Positions 26,469-39,287 of a stretch of 64,000 bases of DNA are shown piece after piece. The notes beneath the pieces were generated by a model. That model did not search any database. It had not been told where the DNA came from and saw only the letters and a program-made list of their open reading frames with translations. The translations under genes were made by a program, and so were the position numbers. Each line of letters opens with the position of its first letter. The stretch's first letter is position 1. The DNA lies in NCBI GenBank assembly GCA_043228905.1, contig JBHGNT010000020.1:3410001-3474000 (forward strand), read 5' to 3'. The DNA comes from Azolla caroliniana (taxonomy: Eukaryota > Plantae > Polypodiophyta).

Positions 26469-27406
26469 GAACTCTTCTTAGAAAGATCGCATGGGAATTC
26501 CATATTTTCAAATTCATTAGTGGACAAAGAACCTACAAAGCAATGGCACTCATAAACATGAACTCTAACCACAACACAAAAGTAGGAGCGGAAGAGGTGA
26601 ATCATAAAGGAGGAATTTCAAATGTACAACTTCCTAATTACACTAGAAATTTGGCATTGTGGCAAGCCCAAACCACATCAAGGTAGATTGTTGCAAGAAA
26701 GAGAACTCTTCTTAGAAAGATCACATGGGAATTCCATAATTTCAAATTTATTAGTGGACAAAGAACCTACAAAGCAATGGCACTCATAAACATGAACCCT
26801 AACCTCAACACAAAAGTAGGAGCGGAAGAGGTAAATCTTAAAGGAGGAATTTCAATTGTACAACTTCCTAAATACACTAGAATTTTGGCATTGTGGCAAG
26901 CCCAAACCACATCGAGGTGGGTTGTTGCAAGAATGAAAACTCTTCTTAGAAAGATCCCATGGGAATTCCATATTTTCAAATTAATTAGTGGACAAAGAAC
27001 CTACAAAGCAATGGCACTCATAAACATGAGCTCTAACCTCAACACAATAGTAGGAGCGGAAGAGGTAAATCTTAAAGGACGAATTTCAATTGTACAACTT
27101 CCCAATTATACTAGAATTTTGGCATTGTGGCAAGCCCAAATCACATCGAGGTAGATTGTTGCAAGAAAGAGAACTCTTCTTAGAAAGATTGCATGGGAAT
27201 TCCATATTTTCAAATTTATTAGTGAACAAAGAACCTACAAAGCAATGGCACTCATAAACATGAACTCTAACCTCAACACAAAAGTAGGAGCGGAAGAGGT
27301 GAATCGTAAAGGAGGAATTTCAAATGTACAACGTCTTAATTATACTCGAATTTTGGCATTGTGGCAAGCCCAAACCACATCAAGGTGGATTTTTGCAAGA
27401 ATGAGA
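26469..27406 (+). repeat. Tandem array, 4 x 234 bp
   Basis: (G/A)AACTCTTCTTAGAAAGAT recurs at 26469, 26703, 26937 and 27171. Confidence 0.93.
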
Positions 27407-28998
27407 ATGATGTGACAAACATTAGCTAAGGACATCATGGGGTAGACGCCACGGGTTCATTGCATCAAATGGGTGCAACCATATGACAAATCAAATTGAA
27501 TGGTATTTTGAGTGGTGAACCACTCGAACAGCTTGAGTAGTGTGTCTGTGTGTGTGCTAATGGCCTCATGAGTAAATAGCCAAAAGGGTTATGTTAACCC
27601 TAAGTTGTATATAAAGATACAACTTATTGTAAAATATGGTGGTAGCGAACCAAAAGTTGAAGTATAAACCATTAACACATGTAGGAACTAATCCGGTCAA
27701 TAGGATAACCTGACTCAAGTAATTCAAAACTCAATAGGGTAAAAAATGTGGAGGACGTGGACAAAGCATGACTTATGGTAGTAAGGATTGTAGTTACGAA
27801 CAAATTTCCACATGGGCAAACACCCTATAGTTTGTGAGCTAAGAGAGAGAGGGTGTCTAGTTACTCTTAAGGGTGTTCATGGAGTTAACTAATTCACATG
27901 GCAAAGCCTCTTCTTATACTTACTCTCACACTCAATTAAACAATTAAAAATGTATCAATGAAAAATATGTATGTTTTCAATGTTAGTCTCTTCATTAATG
28001 AAGAAGAGGACATGAGAAATCACTTGTCAACAACCCACTTTTATTGATTAATTCAACTAATCATTATCACTCACCAAGATGAAACACAAACACTTAAGAG
28101 GAAAGCTTAAGTTTTGAGCTTAAGTGGGTGTGGGACAAAGTCATTGGGTGGTTGGAGAATAAAACCAAGCTCTAATTCATGATGAAAAAGTGAAGAAGAT
28201 GAAGTAAAAAGATATACTTCTTGTTTTGGAAAAGAAGAAGAAGCTAATACTTCGCATTTATACTTCTTGTACATGATATAAGTACATATTTTATATCTCG
28301 CCCAAAGGCTTTTCTTTAAGGTTTATATGTCTCTTTCGTGTTGTTATGTTGGGCCAATGTTGTATCATTGGACAAGGTACTTAATGTGAAGTGACCAACC
28401 GATACATAGCCACATTGAAGTTGATTTAATTTTTCATTAAACTCCACCCACTAGCCAATACACATGTTTCCATGGGCATATCTCACCCAATGAGCAAATT
28501 TGTTCCAACAACTTGCTCTCAAAATATAGTCATCTAATATATTCTACTTGAAGCTCTTAAATTCAATTTCACAAGGATGATGACGATAGGTTGTCATAGG
28601 AGGAGGTCATCCAGACACCCTCTTGTTGCATCTTACATGGGTACAATTTTAGATGAGCAAATATATTTCAGCCACTAGATTGACCAAATTGTTCTGCTAT
28701 CTTATCTTTTGCAACCCTCATTGTTGCAACGTCTATCCCTTTGCTACTACATTTGCTTGATTATGAGGGTCATTGGAGTTAACTCCATATCCTCCATGTG
28801 GTTTTCTAATTTCATATTGTTTCTACTTAGACTCTATCTCCCCCTCCCACCCCTTTCATGTTAGGTTCACTAATGTCAAGATACTTTTAAGATATGTTCA
28901 ATGCAAGGTGTGAAACCATCCATATTTTGGAACCAGAGAAGAGAAAGGAATATGAAGGGACGGTTGTAGGAATTAGACAAAAAATTTCGCCATCCTAT

Positions 28999-31900
28999 TG
29001 TTATAAATTGGTGGAGCAAAGAGCCAAGACAAAATAGTTGAGGGAAGAAAAGCTCTTTTGCAAAAAAGGGGGGGGGAAAACAGAAGATACAATGGCTGTA
29101 ATAATTCTGCCTTTGTGTCACAAAGGGGTTTTTCTCACACACCCTATCTCTCGAAAAGGGGAAAAATAAAGTAAAAGGTAAAAGACAGGAGCACAAGCCA
29201 TTTTGGCCTTTTCACACTATGTACATGTCTCTATGTACATATAACAATCTCCCACTAAAAGGCCTAAACTAAGAGTGTGAACAATAGAAAGTTGAACTAT
29301 ACAAGGCTTATACCTCCCACCCGATGGGCATATTACATAAGGCACTAGATGATCCCCATCAAGTGACGACAATGCCCCAATGCATCTTGTGGTAGGGGCT
29401 TGGTCAATGCGTCTACGGCATTTTCTCGAGAGACAACCTTCTCAAGGCTAATGCAACTATTAGCTAAGCATTCACGAATAAAATGGTATCGCACTCCAAT
29501 GTGGTTGGTCTTTGCATGATATACTAGATTCTTAGCCAAAGCAATGGCACTCTGACTATCAAAAAACAATTTGGGTACATGTTGAGGTATACCCATGTCA
29601 CTAGCTAATTGAGACAACCAAATTGCTTCGTTACATGCCTCATTGGCTACAACATACTCAGCCTCTGTAGTTGACAATGCGACACATTCTTGAAGACGGG
29701 ATCTCCAAGCAATGGCACCTCCCATAATTTGAAAAATGTACCCTGAATCTGTGTATCCAATGATAGAGACATCACCTCTACCCAAACATAAGTATCTTTA
29801 GTGTCACTCAGATATCTCATTATCAACTTGAGTGCATCCCAATGTTTCTTACCAGGATTTGGCATGAATCGACTTACCACTCCCATGCAAATGCAATGTC
29901 TGGTCTAGTAGCCACCATGGCGTACATGAAACTACCAATCACGGATTGATAAGGAACCTTGGTCATGAATTCCATGTCCTCATAAGATGTGGGGCAATCA
30001 CATGTGCTCAACTTTACATATGTAGGCAATGGAGTCCTCAACAACTTTGTATTCTCCATATTAAACCTCTTGAGTACTTTGGATATGTACTCAGCTTGAG
30101 ACAGGTAAATGCATCGCTTACTCCTATCACGAGTAATACACATACCAAGAATATGTTTTGCATCTCCCAAATCCTTCATGTCAAAAGTCTGGCTCAAGTT
30201 TTTCTTCAACAAGGATAACTCATCCTTGTTTTTACCAACGATAAGCATATCATGAACATAGAGTATCAACATAATGGAACTCTCATTTGAACATTTTTTC
30301 GTATAAAGACAAGGATCCTCATTGCTTCTAGTGCACTCCTGATTCTTCATAAAAGCATCAAACTTTTGGTACCACAATCTTGGGGACTGCTTAAGCGCAT
30401 ACAAGCTAAGCTCTTCTTGAGTTTACATACCAAGTGTTCTTTGCCTAGGGCTTCATAACCTTCTGGTTGTTCCATATAGATCTCCTCATTAAGATCCCCA
30501 TGCAAGAAAGTAACATGTACATCCATTTGGACTAATTCTAAGTCCTGATTCACAACTAAGGCAAGAAACATGCGCAATGTAGTCATCTTAACTACAGGAG
30601 AGAAAATTTCATCAAAGTCAACTCCTAGTTCTTGCTTGAAACCTTTCGCTACCAATCATGCTTTGTACTTTGGAGAAATCCTATCAGATGTATATTTATA
30701 CTTGCAGACCCACTTGCATGGTAATGCTTTCCTATCCTTTGGCAAAGGTACTAAATTCCAAGTACCATTTTTATAAATACTATCCAATTCACTTTGCATG
30801 GCATTCTCCCACTTAGCATGATCAATAGCCAACATAACTTCTTTATAGCAAGAAGGTTCACCTGCATCCGTTAACATCACATAGTTTGTGAGTGGCCTAG
30901 AGACATGAGTAGATCATCTCACTGGTTGCTGAACTGTAGTCGGAATGTTTTCAGGTTGTACACATGCATCATCATTTTGAACATCCTCATATGGGTGAAC
31001 ATTTGTAGGACTGTTCGGCATAGGTATGAGATTATTCTTTTGCACACTAATAGAGGGTGTAACATCTTGAAACACCACTTTCCTCACTTCCACTTCCTTA
31101 ATTGGCTGCTTATGCATAATCTTTTCATTGAAAACGACATCACTACTTTTGACTATAGTGCACATTTCGAGGTCCCATAAGCGATATCCAAACTGACCAT
31201 CTATACCATAGCCGAGAAAAATACATTTTTGCTTTTGAAATCTAGATTCTGCCTTAACTGTTTTGGAACATGAACATATGCTTCACATCCAAACACTCTA
31301 AGATGATCATAGTGAGGGGTTTTTCCAGTCCATGGCTCTTGTGCCACTTAAGCCTTTGGTAGTACTAGGTGATAGATTAATCACATGAACAATAGTCCAA
31401 ACCGCTTCTGCCCAAAAACCTTTAGGAAGGTTTGCATGGTGCAACCTAGAAACAACTCTACCTCTATTCATCCTTTCTATTACGCCATTTTGTATAGGAG
31501 TGTAGGGGGCAGTATACTCTCTACGAATGCCTCTAGACTCGCAAAAAATCTTGAACTCATTACAAGTATATTCACCACCATTATCAGAACGTAAAGCTTT
31601 AAGCTTTATTCCTTTTTCAGTCTCAACCGAGGCAAGCCATTTTCTAAAAGTGGGGTATACATCACCCTTTCCCTTTATGGGATACACCCACACCTTTCTT
31701 GTGGCATCATCAATAAATGTAACAAAATACAAAGCTCCACCCAATGATCTAGTAGGCATAGGGCCACATACATATGTATGAACTAGATCCAAGGGTTGAG
31801 TAGAAGAATTAGAACAAATCTGATGTACACTTCCCGTTTGTTTACCATATTGACAATGCTTACAAACTGAAAAATTAGAAAATGATAACACAAGTAAATA

Positions 31901-34900
31901 GCCAAAACGTGACAGAGTTTCCATTCCACTACAAGACATATGATGGCCTAAACGACCAATGCAAATACAAGTCATGGGCTGTTCTATGACAATCAAAAGA
32001 TGTTCTTTCTGATGAACAACTAAGGGATAAAGTGAAGCAACTTTGTTCCCTTTGGCAATAACCATATTTCCTTTTGTAATACGAAAAGATTTGGAAGCAA
32101 ATATCACTTTATATCCAATGTCATCTAGCTGTCCAACAGACATCAAGCTACGAGTTAGCTCAGGCACTGTCACGGATCATAAGCTCAAGAGACAAGCAAG
32201 AAGATAACCAAATGGACAAGAAAGAAGATAGTATTAAAGGAAAGACTCCATAACTGGTGTTGTTCACCTTGATTTCCTTCAAGGTGAAATCCTCTATTTA
32301 TACTACATGGCATGCATACTTGTTGCACGCATGTGAATCTACAATAGAGCATGTAGGTATGCATGCATGTGCCAAGTGTAAATACTACAAGGGAGCAACT
32401 ATGCCATGATGCTAGCAAAATAATAAGGACCAATTATATACATAACTATGTACTAGATATCTTGATTGTTGAGCATACGCAACATCCCTAGGCATCCCTA
32501 GGGCGGAGTGCAAGGTCAGCTCGGCGAGAAAGGGCATCAACCTTCCCATGTTGGCCACCATGTCGAAATACGATCTCAAAATCGTAGTCGGCGAGAAATG
32601 TCGACCAACGGGCCTGCCTTCGATTCAAAGTACGAGTGGTGGAAAAATAAACTAAATTTTTATGATCAATCACTACCTGGACACGATGTTGTGCGCCGGC
32701 CAAGTAGGGTCGCCATTCTTCAAAGGCAGCAATGATAGCAGCAAGCTCCTTGTCGTAAATGGGATAATTGATTTCAGATGTCGTAAATTTTCGGGAATAG
32801 TAAGCCACTAGGTGCATTAGGTTGTTGTCGTCTGCCTAGGATAAGATGGCGCCAATGGCAAAGTCAGAGGCATTGGTTTCGACTTGGGTGGGTTTTGTGG
32901 GGTCGGCATGTAGCAACACCGGGGCAGTGATGAATGCATGTTTGAGTGAGTCGAACGCATTTTGCGCCTCCGAGGTCCATAAAAATTGAGTGCCTTTATG
33001 GGTGAGAGCAATAAGAGGTTGCGCTAGGGTGGAAAACCCCTTGATGAAGCGACGGTAAAAATTTGCGAAGCCGAGGAAGGATTGCACATCTTTAAGTCGC
33101 CTTGGAGTCGCCCACGCCTGAATGACAGAGACCTTCTTCATATCCATGGTGATGCCAGTGGGCGAGATGATGTAGCCCAGAAATTCGATCGAGGTACGGT
33201 CGAACTTGCATTTCTTGCCTTTGGCATAAAGACCATGCTCGCAAAGTTTGGCAAGAACTAATCGGACTTGGCGAGTGTGCTCCTCCATGTTTGGCGAGAA
33301 AATGAGAATATCATCGAAGTAAATGACAACAAAAAGATCAAGATATTCCCGGAATATATCGTTCATCATATGTTGAAAAACTGCGGGAGCGTTAGTAAGA
33401 CCAAAAGGCATTACCTTGTATTCGAAATGCCTATACCGTGTTCGAAATACAGTTTTCCATTCATCCCCCAGATTGGTGCGTACTAGATTGTACGCTCCAC
33501 GCAGATCAACTTTGGAGAAGACACGTGCAACTCGGAGCCGATCAAGGAGTTCGGGGATCAGAGGTAGCGGATAACGGTTGCGCACAGTGAGTTTGTTGAG
33601 ACCTCGGTAGTCGACGCATAAGCGTAGAGAGCCGTCCTTCTTCTTCACAAATAAAATGGGGGCCCCGGCTGGTGACTTAGAAGGTTGAATAAATCCTTTC
33701 TCGAGGTTCTCATCGAGTTACACACGAAGGGCCTTCAACTCTGGTGCATACAACGCATATAGAGGACCAAAGGGTGGTCACACACCTTCTTGAAGATCAA
33801 TCGGACAGTCGTAGAGCCGGTGTTCAGGCAAACGATCAACATTACATTTTTCAAATACGTCAGAGAAGTGTTGGTATTTTTCGGGAATAACATGGAGTGT
33901 GTTAGAAATGGCGCCACAAACAAACCCATCCTGGACCGATGATGGGGTAGTCAATTCGGAGTCAATCGTCTTCGAAGGATAGGAAACTGAATTTACCTTC
34001 ATACTTTTGCACGAGCATCTTGGCTTGCTAAATGTGATCGAGCAGTTGCACCAATCCACTATTGGATTGTGCGCCTCCAACCACGTTAGTCCTAAGACGA
34101 TCGGATGTCGAGGAGATGTGATGAGGTAAAAGGCGAGCTCCTCCTGGTGTGAGCCCACCCGAAGCCCTAATGGGATTGTAGCTTGAGTAATTGCATGTGA
34201 CAAGAGGACGCACCCGTTGATGGCTTCAACTGGAATGGGTTTTTGAGAGGCCAACGACAGGTACGCCATGTGCTTGGGCAAACGCGACGTCGATGAAGCA
34301 AGAAGATGCCCCAGAATCAAGTAAAGCAACAGACTGAATGGAACTAGAGTTAAACGAAAGCCATACCTCCAATGTGAAATTGCCTGATGGTTTGGCAATG
34401 GAACCAAGAGAATGTGGGCGACAGGAGATGTCCAGTTGCATGGCTCCTACTGCAACCGAACGATGTCGTTTTTTCGGATGTTGGGGTCCGTTAGCTCGAT
34501 GGAATTGTGGCCGAGTACTCCTAGGACAATGGCGAACGACATGACCAGAGGCACCACAATACATGCACAAGCCATTAGCCCGTCGAAATTGTCGTTCAAC
34601 ATCAGTCAATGGCTGAAATCGGGCTTGATCAATTTCCATGGGGACAGGAGCATCTACCAAAATAGGCGAGTGTGAGGATGCCTGGGGTTGTATGACAAGG
34701 GCGTGGTGTGGAAGTGAATGAGGTGGAACCCAAGTCTGGCGCTCTTCTTGGTGAAATTCGAAAAGACGATTGTTACAATGGACTGCTTGTGAAATCACTT
34801 GGGATAACGAGGTGGGCTCCGGAAAGTTTAAGAGAAGATTCTTGACATTGCTTCGAAGGCCGCGCCAAAAGTGATTAGCTAAAGCTTGATCATCCCAATT

Positions 34901-37745
34901 GACATCGCATGCTAGTTGTCGAAATTCCGAAGCATAGAACGAAGCTGCACGCAAACCTTGTTAAAGTGCATAAATCTTGTTAAGAGCTGTACGTCGTCGG
35001 TCTGTCTCTCCAAATGTGGCCTCTAACTCGGCGAGGAAGGCGGGAAAGTCCTCCAATAGAGGTGACGAGGTTTCTACCAATGGTGCAAACCAAGCTTGGG
35101 CCGGACCGGAGAGAAGGGTGCCCACAAGGCCGACTTGTCGAAGACCATCTCCATAACGTTGAGGTTGTAGTCAAATGATAAGTCGAACATGGTTGATGAA
35201 CCCTCGGAAACGCGACCTCGTTCCATCAAATTTTTCTGGGAGGCTAACCTTAGGCTCAAGAAACTGTGACGAAGCTAGGCTAGATGTTGGTAGAAGATCG
35301 GGCTCTAGGCTAGGTTGTTGTGGGAGACTAGGGTTCGGGGGTTGTGGGGATAGGGAGGTACCGACTTGAAGTTCTTGTAAAGAATTTCGAAGAGCTTCAT
35401 TTTCAAGCTGTAGTTGTCGTAAGGCTACCATTATTTGGCCTAACTCACTAGTTGAGTCGGACATAGCTATGGCTTATGAGAGGGAGAGCTATGAGGATGG
35501 GAAGGTTAACAAACTATCACGGATCATAAGCTCAAGAGACAAGCAAGAAGATAACCAAATGGACAAGAAAGAAGATAGTATTTAAGGAAAGACTCCATAA
35601 CTGGTGTTGTTCACCTTGAATTCCTTCAAGGTGAACTCCTCTATTTATACTACATGGCATGCATACTTGTTGCACACATGTGAATCTACTATAGAGCATG
35701 TAGGTATGCATGCATGCCAAGTGTAAATACTACAAGGGAGCAACTATGCCATGATGCTAGCAAAATAATAAGGATCAATTATATACATAACTATGTACTA
35801 GATATCTTGGTTAACTCATAATACTAGATTATAACATGGTCGTGTCAAGAGTTCGAATCTTGACAGGCACATGGAGTACATTTTGTACAAAAATATGAAA
35901 ACCATCAGAAAACTGTACCATAACATCTCCAATGCCAACCACATCGTATCGTGTGAACCACTCTTTATGTGGGGTCACATGGAATGAAGCCCTAGGGTCC
36001 AACAACCATGTATGAGTAAGAGAGTGAGCCATATTCACCTCAACATAAGTAGCATCATCATCCACGACCAAAATGTCAACATCGTCATCACATGTAGCAT
36101 TTATTTCCTCTATTTTCTTTGAGGATGATGAACCGGTCACTTGCATAACATGCCCATCACCATGAGTTTTACCCTTTTCCTTTTCTCTTTCTTTGTTCTT
36201 CAAAGCATACCAATTCTTTTTCATATGACCCTTTTTGTGACAGTAATGGCATTCCACAAGTCTCTAGATTTGTTTCTCCTCTTATCATTTCCATGGCTGT
36301 TTCTGGTTTGGCTTCTACCATTTTGTTGGTTCTTGCCATAACCATAATCTCACACATTATATGCCTCTCCAACTTGTGAGGTGACCATAGATTTCCTATG
36401 GATTTCTTCACCCAATAGTGCTCCACATATGTCATTATAGATTAATTTCCCATTTGGTGCACTAGCATTAATAGCGGTGCAAAATGTGTCCCATGAGCTA
36501 GGCAAAGTGCATAATAGAAATATAGATTTTAGCTCATCATCCATAATCATTTTTTGAGCTTGCAACTGAGACCATAATGCATGAAACTCATTTAGATAAT
36601 AAGCAACACTATCGTGTCCTTCATGCAAAGGTCATAGAGCTTTCTCATAAACAACACTATGTTTGCAACGGTTTCCTTCTCATATGTATAGCATAACTTT
36701 TTCCAATGTCCTTCGGAATTTTTATTGTCTAAAACAGTGAAATAAACACTATTTGCCAAGTGCAGTCTTATCGTAGACATGGTCAAAGCATCAAGTTCCT
36801 CCCAATCATCATCATCCCTGTCATCCAACTTCTTCGCTTTGCCGCCTAGAGGCCTCGTTTGCTTTCTTTGAACCAATACATCACGCATTTGATTATTCCA
36901 CAAAGAAAAATTCGATCCATCAAATTGTGGATCTCAATATGAGCTTTTCCCAAAAACGAATAGTTCTTACGTGAACTATTGCGACCAACGGAAGTGCTAC
37001 TAGATGCATCCAACGTTTCGGACTCCATGGGAGTGAACAACAATATCAAACAACTGAGCACAAGAACTTATCAACTGAATATTAGAAGCAAGAAACTAAC
37101 CAACTTATTTCCCAAAAATCTCAAAATGATATTGACAATTGCATATAACAAGCACCACTATGCATGCACCTTCCAAAATATCAACTACAACTAGCATCTG
37201 TTTCTAAAATCCCAAGTTGTAGGCATCTGCTATGCTTCCAAATTTGATTTCAACTCTCTGCCGAATGTAGTGAGGTCTCCCACCACAACTTGTTTCTAGT
37301 GGCAAATATGTTGAACAAGCGCGAGAGTTTCAATAAGACAAATACATGTGGATAGCAAACAATTTTCTTCCTATCGAAGAAAATCCCAAAAATTGAAGAT
37401 GCCCAACAATGAATCGATGCTTCAACCAAGCGGCTCCAATCACCAACGTTGCTACTACAGCTCCCAACCTCTTTATTGTGATCTCCCAAGCTCTGATACC
37501 ACTGTTATAAATCGTTGGAGGAGAGCCAAGACAAAATAGTTGAGGGAAGAAAAACTCTGTTGCAAAAAGGGGGGAAAAGTAGAAGATACAATGGCTGTAA
37601 TAATTCTGCCTCTGTGTCGCAAGGGGGTTTTTCTCACACACCCTATCTCTCGAAAAAGGGAAAAATAAAGTAAAAGGTAAAAGACATGAGCACATGCCAT
37701 TTTGTCCTTTTCATAGTATGTACATGTCTCTATGTACATATAACA
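28999..37745 (-). mobile_element. Full-length decayed Ty1/Copia element (Tork/TNT1-like) with a nested Gypsy
   Basis: 5' LTR 37503-37745, 3' LTR 28999-29246, PBS TGGTATCAGAGC at 37501-37490, PPT TTTTAGTGGGAGAT, TSD CCTAT/TCTAT. gag 36350-36903, zinc knuckle and protease 35829-36257, integrase 31307-32173, RT 29874-30880, RNase H 29345-29785. Confidence 0.95.
32168..35865 (-). mobile_element. Gypsy element D (sushi/Tcn1-like gag), integrase deleted, nested in the Copia
   Basis: TSD GGCAC (32163-67 / 35866-70). 5' LTR 35515-35865, truncated 3' LTR 32168-32464. gag (LPEKFDG, LCMYCGASGHVVRHC), LDSGA protease, RT 32836-33648, RNase H 32488-32817. Confidence 0.92.
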
Positions 37746-37785
37746 TCTATTAATAAAGAAATTAAAGTGATTAAAGAGATGGAAT

Positions 37786-38520
37786 TGTTAGAAACTAAAA
37801 CAATTGATAAGATAGGGTTTAGGGTTTAGCTTGTTGAGCTAGCAAGCTCAACCGGATTCGGATTGGCTGAATAAGCCAGCTCTAGCCGGATTGGTATCCG
37901 GGACGGAGAACCGGTTCGGTGTCCGGAACCAGGAGCCGGATCGGATTGAAACCGGTAGGCCGTTAGAGGACTACGGATCCAGCCTAGTACGTAGGCATAT
38001 TTTTGGGAGTCAGTGTCAGTTTCTCGTATGAGCATTGAAGTACCTGTCAGTCCTTTATGGACTTGTATAAAAGTGCTCTCTGAGCACATTCTATGTACAG
38101 AGCATTATTATTTATGGAAAGTTTATGTTATGTTCTCTTTGTCTCTCCTATGTATTCTCTATGTAAGGTCTCCATTAAACCTTCTTCTCTACGTTCTATT
38201 GGTATCCGGCTGAGCCAGTTTGTCATACGCTTCCGCATATTAACTTTAACATGGTATCAGAGCGCAAGGGTTGAGACTCCTCTGCACCCGACAAACTCTT
38301 TCGAAGACAAACCCTAACACCCGGTGAAAAACAGAAGAGAACCAAGATGGACAGAGGTATGGCAAGTTCACTTCCCACAGAAAAGCTCGACCGGAACAAC
38401 TATGCATCCTGGTCATATAAAATGCACTAGTACCTACTGGGGCATGGTTACTGGAGCTATGTGGAAGAAACGAACAATATAGCGCCAGAGCCGGCACACA
38501 AGGACTTCCCGACATGGGGA
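37786..38520 (+). mobile_element. Copia 5' stub: LTR (37786-38251), PBS and gag N-terminus
   Basis: TGTT...AACA, then TGGTATCAGAGC at 38252. Reads MDRGMASSLPTEKLDRNNYASWSYKM*...LLGHGYWSYVE. Confidence 0.85.
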
Positions 38521-38837
38521 TACATTTCTGTGTGTGAGCTGTATCTAGATGGCATTTTGCTAGGGAATGCATATACCGTATATGAAAGGTTGCGACCAAT
38601 TTGATTTGTATAAAGGTTCTCTATCATGCTTGGTCAGTTTGGTTTGTATAAAAGGCTTTTACTATGGTATTAATAACTGTTTGTAGATCTGTCCATCAGG
38701 CTATGCAAAATTGCAGCAACATCCACATGGGTTGGTGTATCCAAATATATCTTTGTGTAGGGGCATCTAGCACAACTAGTATGCTTCATGGCACTCTCTT
38801 GGAATAGAGAGTTAAAATTTTCTTTCTTTCTTTTCTA

Positions 38838-39287
38838 GCATCTCAACCCTCGTGATCTGATACCATGTAAAAGAATACGTGCGGAAGCTTAACAGACACA
38901 ATCGGGAAACAACAGACAAAAGACACAGAGACTAGGAAGATGAGGAAGGTTTAATGGAAAGCTTAATCAACACAACGTACGCGGGAGAGACAGAGAGAGC
39001 AGAACACAGAAAACTCTATTCCAAAACAATACTCTAAAACTCTGTACATAGGATGTGCTTAGATAGCACTTTTATACAAGTCCATACGGGCTGACAGAAG
39101 TACTGACTTGTACTTCAATGCTCATCCATGAGCTCCTACACTAACTCCCAAAATATATTCCTTTGTGGAATATCTATCCAATGGCCTCCCGGTTTACGCA
39201 CCGCTACGGCCTCTCGTTGCGCGCCCGGTTTACGCACCTAGTCTACGCACCGGTTTACGCACCCAATGTTGAGCTTGTATCTCAACA
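38838..39287 (-). mobile_element. Copia 5' stub: LTR (38866-39287) and PBS, related to the previous stub
   Basis: TGTTGAG...TTTACA followed by TGGTATCAGA. Shares ATGAGCATTGAAGTAC and the post-PBS GGGTTGAGA with the 37786 copy. Confidence 0.8.

Noticed and set aside
27420-28990. Possible decayed coding or TE sequence (also 13400-14100)
   Set aside because: No motif, termini or frame could be assigned by eye.
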